Origin: the human T2T-CHM13v2.0 reference genome, Homo sapiens
Length of the DNA stretch: 64,000 nt
Assembly: GCF_009914755.1 (NCBI RefSeq)
Contig: NC_060929.1
Reading direction: 5' to 3' (one strand)
The position numbers and the translations under genes were made by a program. Shown one piece after another: positions 11,155 through 24,243 of the stretch. The notes beneath the pieces are model-generated. The model worked only from the letters and a program-made list of their open reading frames with translations. It did not search any database and had not been told where the DNA came from. The stretch's first letter is position 1. The number at the start of each line of letters is the position of its first letter.

Positions 11155-11610
11155 AGGGCTTGGGTTTCATTTTACTCTACTTAGAATTAGTAATTTTGTT
11201 TGTTACTATTTCACGGATGCTGCCACAAGACATGAAACTTCTGGGTAAGAGACAAAGGTCTTTATTACTCATTGCACAGCAAGTAACTTGATCAGCATAT
11301 CTGTGTTGATACCCTTTGCCCACCAAGACACAGAGGGGCAACACAGAGGGCCCAGATAGATGCCTAAACATGCAGTAAGTTGCATTACAGAAAAGGAACA
11401 CTGAGCATGGTGAATCTGCTGTTTTGTAGCAAGTCAGAAAGCCTGTTCTTTGTCCCACAGGGAGATGTTACCTCATTCTTCAAAGATGCTCACTGCAAAG
11501 ACATCCCTGAGAAATGCTATGGTAAACAGTCATCAGGGTCTTGCATCTCAGGCATACTCAGCAGATATGTAGGTGTGTTAGATCTCCATGGAAGCATGTC
11601 TCCCAACACA
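11155..11610 (-). mobile_element. ERVL-type solo LTR (family uncertain); a related copy lies at ~20570-20990
   Basis: Shares ggatgct...aaga...catga...aagg.ctttattactca..gcacagca and cagggYcttgcat segments with the second copy. Confidence 0.55.
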
Positions 11611-11679
11611 GCTTAACACATAATTTTTTAAAATGTTGTGTAAGCACAACTCAGATAAAAAAATAAAAATAAAAGATTT

Positions 11680-12620
11680 CCAGGATCCCAGAAGTCCCCT
11701 ATATGTTCTTTTCCAATCACAAATCCATTTCTCTAGTCTTATTTTTTTGGCAATAATTTCCTTGCTTTCATTTATACTCCTACTAGTTAAATATACCATC
11801 TACACTCAAAGGTTTAATTTTGCTAGATTTTAAGTATACACACACACAATTATACAATACATATTATTTTGTTTTTGAATTTTTTAACATTGCAATTGTG
11901 AGATTAATCTATATGTTGCACATAGATATAGTTCTTTTGTTTTCACCACTGTACAGTAAATAGTATAGTATTTTTATCACACAGTTCTTCATCACCAGAT
12001 TGCTAAGAGATTTTTTAAAGTGACAATTGAGTATTAATTTTATAAATATTTTTCTGCATCTATTGGTTATTACATAAATTTTTCTTCTTTATTAATGTGG
12101 AAAATTACATTGATTGATATTAAAATATGATGAAAACCTGGTATTTGTGGTATAAACCCAAGTTGATCCACATGTTCTTTTTATAGGTTGCTGGATTTTG
12201 TTTAGAATTTTTGTATTCATGTTCATGAGTGTGATTATCCTATAATTCTTTATGTTTCTTACTCTCTCTACTGTATTGTCCCTCCATATGTCTGCCTACA
12301 CTTCATTCTGGTTAGTTTCTTTTATCCTATATTACTGTTTACTAATTTTTGTTTCAACAGTGTGTATTCTGGAGTTAAAACATTCATTGAGTTCTTAATG
12401 ATGGTTATTATATTTCGCAGTTTATGAGTTTCTATTTGGTTCTTTTCTAAATTTCTTTGCTAAGATGTTTAAGTTTAGCTTGTCCCCTTCACAACTTTTG
12501 TAAAGTTAGTGCTGGTTCCCATTTATGTTGCTTTCTTTCCCCTGGTGCCTGCTTATCTTAGCTAGACGTTATATTAGAAAAAATTATTTGACAAAATTGT
12601 TTGAGGCTTGGGTGATATTT
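11680..12620 (-). mobile_element. Old L1M fragments
   Basis: T-rich L1M-like phrases (attacattgattgat, gttgctggattttgttt, tattcatgttcatgag). Confidence 0.55.
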
Positions 12621-12640
12621 TTCTACATAAAGCATTTTCT

Positions 12641-12964
<324 letters not shown>

Positions 12965-13005
12965 TAAAGCATTTTCATTTGCTTCTATTGAGACAATACC
13001 CTAGA

Positions 13006-13069
13006 AGTTTTGCAGTGGCAGTGTGATGACCAATGAGGTTTATCTGAGGTGCGATTATTGCTAATTGAA
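13006..13069 (+). pseudogene. 3'-truncated U4 snRNA retropseudogene (U4 nt ~1-66)
   Basis: agttttgcagtggcagtgtgatgaccaatgaggtttatctgaggtgcgattattgctaattgaa aligns to the U4 5' end AGCTTTGCGCAGTGGCAGTATCGTAGCCAATGAGGTTTATCCGAGGCGCGATTATTGCTAATTGAA. Flanked by a decayed direct repeat. Confidence 0.92.
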
Positions 13070-13342
13070 GCAGTGCCCTGGAGGTACTAGAATTCCTTAT
13101 CAGTTTCATACAATTTCAGGGCTTGATTTTTTATAGGTTACCCAGACAATTCATTCAAGGGCTGCTTTACTTACGGTTCACATGTCATGTAAGGAGCAGT
13201 GGTTTTGAGCATAAACTCTATTCCTGGGATTTATCAGATACCCCACTTTTGACAGGTCTTGGATTTCACTTTTCAGATCCTTTTTAGGATTGGCAAATCG
13301 CTTTCTTCACTGTCCTCTAGCAAGACAAAAAGTGATTCAACT

Positions 13343-13598
13343 CCCCAGCACTTTGGAAAGCCAAGGCAGAAGGATTGTTTGAGGCCAGGAATTTGAACCT
13401 AGACTGGTCAATATAGCGAGACTCTGTTTCTACAAAAGAAAAATTTAAAAAATTAGCCAGGAATCGTGCTGCATGCCTGTAGTCCCAGCTACGCCGGAGG
13501 ATGAGGCAAGAGGATCATTTGAGCCTAAGAGGTCAAGGCTGTAGCAAACCTGGATGACAGAACAAGGCCCTTTCTAAAAAAAAAAAAAAAAAAAAAAA
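13343..13598 (+). mobile_element. 5'-truncated, internally deleted AluJ
   Basis: AluJ-like arms, poly-A, TSD AAAAGTGAT(T/C)CAACT. Confidence 0.88.
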
Positions 13599-15089
13599 GT
13601 GATCCAACTGTCTGCCTGAGTCATTTCTCTGAACTTCTTTCTTCACCCCATCTTCTTAGCAATTTGATGCTTTAGAAGACATCTTAAATATCTTGTTTTA
13701 TATTTCTTGCAATTTTTCAGTGATCTTCAGTGGGAGAGTTGGTTAAAATAACAAAGTCTTTTATTGCCAAAGGAGAAAATCTGGAGTAGTGTTTTAGAGT
13801 CCCCTTTTAAAAAAATATTGATTTTTAATTTTCCAAATTCTCCTCATACTATTTATTGATGTGTCATTTTAACTGATAGAAAATTAGATTTTTTCAAAAT
13901 AGATTAAAACAATATTCAATATTGGTTAGTATTCTAAAATTTTAATTTTATAGTATAAAACATTTTTGACCAATAAATTCAACTCACTTTTTAATATATA
14001 TCTGTATATTTGCTTGTATTAATTACTCCCTTTTCTTTAACTGTGAAGTAAATGTGTCCATTGAAATACTAAACTTGATTAATAATTTTATCTTGTGGAT
14101 TTTCTTTATAAAGTTGAATATTTAAATATCTTTAGAGAAAAATGACACATACTAAAATAATTAACAGAAAAAATATTTATATTTCTTTTGATATTTACAT
14201 GTGATTATATGAATATAATCTTTTCATAGATATACTCACTATATGCAAATGAATACTGCACTTTTATCACTTAATATATTTTGTATATACTTTTCCATGT
14301 GAGTTTTATATTTATAACTTTAATGCATCCTGCCATGCCATGGTTAACTATTGTCCCATTGTTGGATATTTAGGTTGTTTCCTGTGGGATATTTTGCCCC
14401 CCACTGTAAATAATGTGGCTATAAACATCATTGTACAAGAAGTTTTTTCTTTTCGTTTTACTTTTGGATCATTTCCAAAAGGGGCATTACTATGTCAAAG
14501 AGTGTGTGTGTTTTTTAGCTCTTGTTGCATATGGAACAGTGTAGCCATCTGTAATGTGGAATTTACCAATTTCATCAGCATTAGATTTTCATTTACTTCT
14601 TGAAGTTTGATGGATATAAAGTGGTGCTCCATATTTATTTCCATTCTTTTTATTCATGAGGGTGCATTTTTTCAAGTTACGATTTAAAAATGCCTATCTT
14701 TTGAAAAAAAATATTTTTAGATTAGGGTATTCTAGAAATTTGAGCTAGAAGAAACCTCAAGATATCATCTAGTTCAGTGTCCTGCTTTATTCTTATGATA
14801 ACCAGCCTTGAAGTGACTAAAGACCATGACTCCAACCTGAACAGAACACTCCAGCCAGTATAGTGTCCATCATTTTAAGCTACCCATTGGGGCTCCCTCT
14901 CAAAATCTCTTTGACAAACTGCCCTTTGTCTTTTATTCCCCACAGGCTGATTACAATCCATTTTCACTTGAGGCATGGCAATCTTCTAGTTAAAATTTCC
15001 ACACTTCCATGGGTCAGAACCCTTTAAGGGAGAGGGAAGACATTCTCTCTGCCAGAGCACTTGACTGTGAGTAACTGAATCTGTAGACT

Positions 15090-15500
15090 GTTCTGGTTAC
15101 CCCTTGACATGTAACCAGTCACCCCAAAATTTAGTGATATGAAACCACAACCTCACTTATTATCTCTCATGGTGTCTTGGGTCAGGGCTTTGAGAATGGC
15201 TTGGCTGGACCATCTCACTCGAAGTCTCTCACATACTGTTAGAGGGAGGCAGCTCTCCCTCTTCCTGTGGTATCCTCAAGCCTCTCCACATGGTGCCCTC
15301 TGAGTAAGTTGACTTCTTGCATGGTGGGTAGGGCACCAAAGGCAACCATCCCAAAAGAAACTGGCAGAATGGATGGGCTTTTATAACCTTGGCTCAGAAA
15401 TCACATAACTGCATCTATTCATCAAAGCAATCACAAAGTCTCACCTAGATTCAGGGGGAGGAGACTTAAGATTCCACCTATGGATGGGGAGTGTCAAAAG
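15090..15500 (-). mobile_element. MLT1-type MaLR LTR
   Basis: ccccaaaatttagtg...cttggctcagaaatcacataa...agattcagggggaggaga. Confidence 0.6.
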
Positions 15501-15565
15501 ATTTCCAGACATATTTTTAAACAAAGTAGTAACTTAATAAACTTAATGGTCCTCGACCATTCATT

Positions 15566-15710
15566 GTTTTCTTTTTCTTTTTCTTTTTTAGAGACAGAGT
15601 CTCACGACGTTTGCCCAGGCTGGTCTTGAACTCCTCAGCTCAAGCGATCTGCCCTCCTCAGCCTCCCGAAGTGCTGGGATTACAAACTTTTGAGAGACCA
15701 TGCGAGGCCC
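15566..15710 (-). mobile_element. FLAM/Alu monomer
   Basis: Single-arm reverse Alu (cccaggctggtcttgaactcct...gtgctgggattaca). Confidence 0.82.
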
Positions 15711-15726
15711 CATTTGTTGTTTAGAC

Positions 15727-15968
15727 CAGTGTTTGGGCATGGATATTATTGACAATTGGGGCCAGATAATTTTTTTTGAAGTAGTAAGGTAGGCTGGGGG
15801 TGTCTGGTCTGTGCATTGTAGGATATTGATCATCAGCCCTGTCCTCCACCCACTAGATGTTAATAGCAATACACTACTCCAGCTGCCCTAGAGTGACAAC
15901 CAAAAATATGCCCAGACATTACTAAATGTCCTCTGAGGGATAAAATTACATCCAGTTGAGCACCACTG
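15727..15968. mobile_element. MER20 (hAT-Charlie DNA transposon)
   Basis: cagtg... ttgacaattggggccagataatt, cacccactagatg, gtgacaaccaaaaat, ccagacatt, ccagttgagcaccactg. Confidence 0.8.
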
Positions 15969-16655
15969 CACTAAATGAACATATATTAAGCACATTTAAT
16001 GTTCATGGCAACATAAAAGAGAACTCCAACTCTGGAGAGTAAGTTAAATCCCATCATTTTTCTGAGTAACTTTAGATAAGCCATAGGCAAACAATTCCCT
16101 ACCTTGTTGGGTCATTGGGAAGATCGAAGGGGATTATAAGTGAAAAAGTATTTTTCATATTGTAAAAGCATATGGAACATTATTTAAAAAAAAATCAGTA
16201 CACTTGGTATGCATCCATTTTTATCATCATTCATTTATTTAAGGGACCTTCTTAAGGGACTTTTATGGAGTGCCTATTGTATACCCACAGAGTGTCAGGC
16301 CTGGGGCACTGGAGGATTGAGGCAGCCAGCCCCCTTCCAGAAGCTCTTCTTTCCATTTCTAGCATCACCTGGACAGGAGAATAGTAGCACCTAGATCCTT
16401 AGTGACTGTAAAGTTTGACACTTAAAGCAAGGACTTTCTAAGAAAATTGCATCTTTCTTTTTTTAATAAAAGTAAGGGGAAATGTTATGCCACTGCATTC
16501 CAAAAGCAGTTGTAAGGGTCCTTTTGTGCTTTTGGTTTTTGCTCTAATGTTTTGTTTAAGGACTAGAGCCATAAACCAAACATTGCAGAACTTAAATCTT
16601 TACACAGTGTGTGGTCATTTCCAAAAGGCCTACAACTTCTAAGTTTAGTTGCTTT

Positions 16656-16656
<1 letters not shown>

Positions 16657-16695
<39 letters not shown>
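16657..16695 (+). repeat. Poly-T (39 nt)
   Basis: Counted directly. Confidence 0.95.
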
Positions 16696-16696
<1 letters not shown>

Positions 16697-17107
16697 GAGG
16701 GGGAGGAGAGGACTTTCTACTTGCATTACTGTCCTTTCAACATGAAGACAATGCTATTGGAAAATGAGATTTCCTGTGGTGATGTATGTGTTCAAAAGAT
16801 CTAATGTGACCTATGATCATTTCCCGTTGCCATACACATTCTGAGTAATGATGAGATACACTTTAGAGTTTGAAGTCTATTTGCTTAGGTTCAGAGTCAG
16901 GGTCTGAGTAACCCCACTTCCTGTTTGTGTGACTTCCTGGAGGGTCCATGGAAGGATAATATTTTCTTGGCTTTTGTGGTGTGCTTCTCGTGTGTGTCAG
17001 CAAAATGCAGCAACGTGTCATCCTCCTAACCATTAGACAGCAATTTTCAGAAATGTGAATATAAATTTGCTCAGGATATACTTTTTATGTTAGAGATGAA
17101 AGTGGGG

Positions 17108-17380
<273 letters not shown>

Positions 17381-17459
17381 CTATGCCTTATTAAATTTCT
17401 CAAGAAGTGTGCCCCCCTCAGTAGTGTATAATGATACTAATCGTAAAAACAAAAAAAAT

Positions 17460-17650
17460 CTACTAAGTACTTACCATTTGTTAGACACTGGGTTGAGAGT
17501 TTTATATGCATTGTCTGACCACAATGAGGTAAACATATACATGATATCTATTTTACAGATGGGAAAGGAATGGCTTATACAAAACAAGGAACTTGCTCAA
17601 GGTCACAGTACTATTCAAACCTCAGAGGCCAAGCTCTTAGGCACTGCGAT
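17460..17650 (-). mobile_element. MIR SINE
   Basis: MIR core ttttacagatgggaaa...acttgctcaaggtcaca. Confidence 0.7.
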
Positions 17651-17706
17651 ATACTACTGGCTTTGCTCAGTAAATGGACCTTTCAGCTTAAAAAATGCTG
17701 TACATC

Positions 17707-17987
17707 ACAAACTAACACAGAAACAGAAAACCAAACACAGCATGTTCTCACTCGTAAGTGGAAGCTGAACAATGACAAGACATGGACCCCGGGAGGGGAA
17801 CAACACACACTGGGGCCTGTCGGTGGGGGCGAGGGGAGAGAGAGCATCAGGATAAGTAGCTAATGCATGCTGGGCTTAATACCTAGGTGATGGATTGATA
17901 GGTGCAGCAAACCACCATGGCACACGTTTACCTATGGAACACAAACCTGCACATTCTGCACATGTATCCCAGAACTTAAAATAAAAA
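17707..17987 (+). mobile_element. L1PA (older subfamily) 3' end
   Basis: catgttctcactc, G-rich 3' UTR, aaaccaccatggcaca, ctgcacatgtatcccagaacttaaa. Confidence 0.9.
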
Positions 17988-19832
17988 GTTACAGTTGTGA
18001 AATTTTTTAAAAATGGTGTACATCTCTTAATGGTATTAGCATACTTCTGCCATGCCATCACCCCGTAATATAGTCAGTCTTCTTTTTAGGGTTCTCCTAT
18101 AGCTAGATTCTTGAAAAAGTTAAATGTTCTGTCAAATTCTAAATAGAAAATACAATGTGTTTATTTGCATGAACATATGTGTATATAGGTATGTATATTT
18201 TAAATTAATCTGTCTTTTAATTCATTGATGTATATACCTGCACAGTAGCCTGCATTCAAGAGGATTTATTAGTTAATTAAACTGTTCTTTATTAATCTCC
18301 TATTATATCCGTAACTTATTGTTAGGTGGAAAGGTGAAGCAATCAGTGTTTATTCAGTAATTATTATTGAACCACGACCATGTGCAAGGTATTATTCTAA
18401 GTGCTGGGGAATATATCAGTGAACAAAATAGACACAGCCCCTCTCTGTTAGGGTCAAAGGCATATTTATTATAAAACAAGTGAAGCCGAAGTTTCAGGGG
18501 CCCTCCCTGTGCACTTCCCTTCCTCTGTTTTCACAGTGCCAGATATTTTCATTCAACATGCAAAAGGTTAAGGTCACCGTCTCTTTTCTATCCTAACACA
18601 ACATATTTCAACAACAAAAACATAAAAAAAAATTCATTAATCAACTTCATCAATTCAGAGGTTCTGGATTAATCACTATAAAACAAAGCATGAGGTGCCT
18701 TGAAATGCTGTAGCTCCTATGCAGACTTAGAAAACAGTCCTAAACATGTGCATGGCATCACAAACAGGGAGGTGTGAAAGTGAAAGGAGCTTTTCCTAAC
18801 TACGAATAATGATAATTTTAAAAATTCAATGTAGCATGCTAGAAGAAAAAATGAATTCTCTTGTTCTCTTTAGAGAATAGGACTTAATAAAATTGCTGTC
18901 ATGTGAAGAGGTGATATAGAGCAGAGCCCCAAACTAGGAAAAAACGAGTTGCATAAGTGTGTCAGGCAATCAGTTGGATTTCCAGGAAGTACACTACAGT
19001 AAGAGCTGCCAATAGTGAGCATCAAAGAAGTTGGAAGAAAGGTATGCACAGGCTAGGATGGTCAGAAAAGACCCTAACCAAAATTTATAGAGAAGTGGCT
19101 TGTGAACAGGGTATAATAAAAGAAATACTAACTTCAGTTATGTCTGTTTTTTCCATATATTGCCTCAAGATATGTGAGACATATCCTGCTAATGAGCAAG
19201 TTAGGTGACAGGCACTGACTTGCTAAATACACACAAAATATGCTATTTTGAGAGAGAGAAACGGGGAGAGAGAGAGAAAAAAAAAAGAGAAAGTTTATCC
19301 TTTCACATAGAAGCAATTTAGGAAGAAGTGGAGAAGTAGAAAGTGACTTCATGAGATGGTATTTCTAGTAACTCTTGGGCCAACACACTTTCTTCTGTAT
19401 TTCACTGTCTTCCTCTCAGCCACTGAGAGACGGCAAGTCTACCAGATGGTGGCTTACCCTCCAGCAATCTTATGAAAAAGAGAGAATCTATTGAGTTGTT
19501 AAGAAGCACTAAGTCATAATAAATGGACATTAGAGGCAATTGCAATGGGCTTTTGGAGATGTTCCTGGCCTGAAGATTGAATTTTTGAAATGTGAAAGGG
19601 CCTCCAAATGATCTAAACACATGCCACAGTACTCCAGGACTTGATGCAGTTACAAAACAAAATGAAAACAACTTTGGATTGTTTTCACACAAAATATAAA
19701 CCTTAAATGATACAACTGGAATTATTGTATATCTGTCCTTATATTTATATCTGTGCATAAATGTATGGACAGAATTATCTTCAAAACCTGAAATAGTAAA
19801 TTGGAATTTTCTGGTGTAATATACTTTCTCCT

Positions 19833-20229
19833 TGTATTAGTCAGCTCGGGTTATCATAACAAAATATCACAGACTAGGTGGCTTAAACAAGAGAGACATA
19901 TTTTCTCACAGTTCTGGAGGTTAAAAGTTCAAGATCAAGGCTCTCTCAGGTTGGTGTTGGTTTCTACTGAGGACTCTCATCCCGGCTTATAGATGGGCAC
20001 TTTCTCACCATGTCCTCACATCACCTTTCCCTATGTGGGTACTGAGAGAGAAAGATCTCTGGTGTCTCTTCTTCTTGTAGGGACATCAGTCATACTAGAT
20101 TAGGGCTTCACTCTTAGGACCTCATTTGACCTTAACCACTTCATTAAAGGCTCTGTCTCCAAATACAATCACATTGAGGGTTAGGGTTTGAATACAGGAA
20201 TTTTGAGAGACACAATTCAGTTTGTAACA
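19833..20229 (-). mobile_element. MLT1A/B-type MaLR LTR
   Basis: tgtattagtc...cacagactaggtggcttaaac...cacaattcagtttgtaaca. Confidence 0.8.
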
Positions 20230-20569
20230 CCCCCTTTGGCTTAATGGTTTAAGGGGTTTATTTCTGGTCATGGAAGTGACGCTCATGTATTTCTTTGATA
20301 TGAACACAAAGTAAGTGTCAAACATATGATATATGGACACACTGTAAAAAACAAATAGCCGCAAATCATGAAGCAGGATATTATCGCCAGATGTCAGCTA
20401 GAGTCTCTCTCTCTCTGCCTCTTAAAATTGAGATAAGATTTATTCAAATCCCTATTCCATTCTTATAAGAAAATGCAGTGCCCTCTCAAGATTTCCGTGA
20501 ACTCCCAGGAGATGTGCATTTTCATTGACTTGGGCCCTCACTTCCTGACTGCAGAGTGTTTATTCTCCA

Positions 20570-20988
20570 CTCTGCCAGGTCTGGTATTTGATTTTGACCC
20601 TAGGTACAGTCAATACATTAGCCTGATACTGTCTCATGGATGCTACAAGATGCCATGACATGCATGAGTCAGAGAAGGACTTTATTACTCACAGCACAGC
20701 AGGCAGCACGAGTATGAGCATGTGTCTATCAGTTCCCCTTTCCCCACTCTAGTCTCATAGTGTTACATGAAGGGGCCCAGACAGACACCTGCACACAGTG
20801 GGGTGCAAGACAGGAAAGAAACAATGAGCTTGGTGGACCTGCTGCTTTATAGCAAGCAGTCAGCAAGCCTTCTCTTTGACCTGGGGGAAGAGATTATCTC
20901 ACCCCTCAATATTATTCATCATAAACACAATGCTAAGAAATGGCCCAGGTAAATAGTAGTCAGGGCCTTGCATTCTTGATATACCCAT
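20570..20988 (-). mobile_element. ERVL-type LTR, second copy of the family at 11155-11610
   Basis: Manual similarity to the 11.2-11.6 kb element. Confidence 0.5.
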
Positions 20989-22955
20989 TGTATTAAGTTG
21001 AATGGTAGTCTCCCCCAAATATGTCTCTATTCTAATCCCCAACACCTATGAGTATTACCTTATCTGGAAAGAGGGTTTCTGTAGATTGCCTTGAGGAGAC
21101 TGATGGTAAAAACATGAAGGCTCAAGCTACTTCTGGTGAGGGCTCAGAAGGAAACCAGGAATATGCTGTTGGAAACTGCAGAAAATGTCCTCATTATACA
21201 GCGGCAGAATATTTGACCTAATTGGGTCTTATTGTTGTTCAGAAAGCATACAACTTTTAAGTGAGGAACTTGGATATTTAGCTGAGCAAATTTTCAAGCA
21301 AAATATTCAAGGTGTAGCCTGTTTTTACCTGCTAGATATAGTAAATTGTGAGAGGAAAGAGATAATTTGAAGGATCACCACTTGATGATCTGGCAAATTC
21401 TCAGCCTATCTAGATTGATTATATATTTTATATATATATGCTGAGTGTTATGGACTGAATGTTTGTGTCTCTCCAAAATGCATGTGTTGAAATGCAATCC
21501 CCAGTGTGATGGCATTTGGAGATTGAGTCTTTGGAACATAATTAGGTCATGTGGATAGAGCTGTCTTCCTGCCTTGTGAGGATGCAACAAGAAGTCAGCA
21601 GCCTGAAACTTGGAAGAAGGCTCTCACCAGAACTTGACCATGCTGCACAATGATTTTAGACTTCCATCTCCAGAACTGTTAAGAAATAAACTTCTGTTGT
21701 TGGCCACCCAGTCTATGGTACTTTGTTATAACAGGCGGAATGAAGACACTCATATTAGGAGTTTCACTGTTAGAAAAGCATCCTCTGAAAGCAAAGGGTG
21801 TGGCTAGACATCCTTTTGTGGAAAAGATTAGGTATGTGGTTGCCAGATCCTCTCAACCATCTCAGCAACAATCAAAATAGTGATGAGGTTATCCAGGAAA
21901 GATTTCCTGTGGAGAGCTCTTTTGTTTAGTGGCATGAATCCTGCATTACCTACATAAGAAACCTGCAAATTTTTAAAAAAATGTTATCTCAGCAGAAGCA
22001 TTGCCATCTTTGACTGAAGGTGATAGAGAGGCAGAGGCCAGAGGAGCTGTTGAGAGCCCAGAGGCCTATGGTTGACAGCCCAGAGAACAGAGGCTCGAAC
22101 AACAGAGGATTATTCTCAGGCCTTGAAATCTAATTGAAAATTTCCTGCTAGGTATTAAATTTGTTTAAGGTTGGTGACCCTTTTACTCCTTCCAATTGCT
22201 GCCTTTTGAAATGGGAGTGTCTATCAGATGCCTGCCCCACCATTATATTTTGGAAGCAAATAACCTATTTTCTAGGCTCACAGGCTTAGAGATGGAGAGG
22301 AATTTTGCCCCAGGACAGATCATGCCTGGCATCTCACTCACACCAAATTTAGATGATGAGATTTGGGACTTTTGAGCTGACAATATTTAGATGAGATTTC
22401 GAGCTCAGAGTTAATTCTGTAATGGGTTGAGCCATTTGGAAATGTTGAGATACCTTAAAGAATGTATTTTGCATGTGGCATGAATGTGAATTTTGGGGGG
22501 CCAGGTGACAGAGTATAGTGGCTCCCAAAAAGATATGTCCATGTCTTAATCACTGGAACCAGTAATTGGAAAAGGGGTCTTTACAGATGTGGTGGTTAAG
22601 GATCTTGAGATGAAAACATCCTGGATTATCTGGGTGAGAGCTAAATCCAATGACAAATGTTTTTGTAAGAGTGGGGCAGAGGGAGATTTGACACATGTAA
22701 AGGGGAGGAGGAGATGTGACCACAGACATAGAGATTGGAGTGATGCAGACACAAGTTAAGGAATGCTCACAGCCCCAAGAAGATAGAAGAAACAAGAAAT
22801 GGATTCTTCTCTGGAGCCTGCAGAGGGAGCAGAGCCCTGCCAACACCTTGATTTTGGACTTCTGACCTTCAGAACTGTGAGAGAATAAACTTCTGCTGTT
22901 TTAAACCACAACGTTTATGGTAATTTGTTACAGCAGCCAGAGAAAACTAATGTAT
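20989..22955 (+). mobile_element. MaLR (MLT1) remnant: partial LTR, internal sequence, a nested MLT1A-like LTR (~21446-21750) and a 3' MLT1C/D-like LTR (~22510-22955)
   Basis: LTR hallmarks (tgttatggactgaatgtttgtgtc; ccagaactgt.agaaataaacttctg; gtaatttgttacagcagcc) flank MLT1-int-like text. Confidence 0.72.
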
Positions 22956-24243
22956 CCATTAAGACATATAGAGGGGCCAGAGACCCATAGAGGACTGTCT
23001 TTCCCAGCTGACTAATCCTGTAGTTGTTCCTTTATTTTGCCTAAAAGGTTGAATTTTCTTCCTTAACTTTCCCACAAAATCATTCATACAATACCTTTGT
23101 GTGTGCAATGAGCTTTTGCCAAGGTGTGGTGAGATCAGAGGCAAGCCAATTACAGCAATACAAACAGACTAAAGTACTGTTAGGCATCCCTGTTGCTGCA
23201 GGTTTCCAACCCACCGCTATGTTGCTGGTCATCCTTTCTTTCCCTCTTGTCATTGTTCCTGCCTCCCTCAAAGTCCTATTCAGCTTCCTCCTTAGTGGCC
23301 CTGCCTCTTTATTACTGATGCCCTGAAAGTTTTATCTGCACCTCAGTTTATCAAGGATTTTTCTACACAAAGATAGTTTCTCTCTAAAATATAAGTATAA
23401 AATATTTTCCCCATTAAATAATAAATGATTGCATCAGAGTAATAGTGTTTAAAAAGAACTTTGAGAGATTCATTGTAGTGATGGTGAATATGTGAGTGGG
23501 GGGGAGTGAGGGGAGTGGTAATAAGGAAGGAAGGTAGGATGGGACCAAGAAAACCCGGACTCAGAAGGATGTTGGAATTAGAACCAGTCAGAGCTAGAGA
23601 AGCAAGGTCCTCAAGGCTGAGAATATGTTCTCATGCATCCAGACATCAAAGTTACAAAGTGGAAGAATTTGCCAACTTAAAATGTAAGTAATGAGTGTAT
23701 TTGAAAACAAATTTGTCATCACTGATTTTAGCAAAATCTGTGTAAATTAAGTACAAAGAAATTGTCATGGTTATAAAAAAAATCCTTGGGAGCAGTAAAG
23801 GGTTATTTATATGTAAAATATCATTATAGTCTTAGGAAGTTGAGCACAGCCTGGCTTTCATTCTGCACCACAGACTAGAGTGGAGATTCCCTCAGGATGA
23901 GGACTGTATTTTAAATTTCATTGATGATTAACACTTTCTACAGGGTGGGAAAATATTCTCCTACTGTACACTCTTGCTGAGAATTTGTAAGGTTTGTGGA
24001 TGCATTTGGATTTATTTGGATAAAAAAGGATGAGTTTGTTCCTAATACACATGAGATAGATTTGGTTTTCTGTTCCTGGCACCAGATAGCAACATTATAT
24101 CCAAATGGTGGCTTGGATTGACTGGAAAGTTTCAAATAACATTAAAAAAATTAATTTCTATTTTTATTTTTGGAGAAGGAAGAAATGATTCTGTCTTAAG
24201 CATCAGCATTTATTGCTTTCTATTATTTTTATTTTTAAACAAT

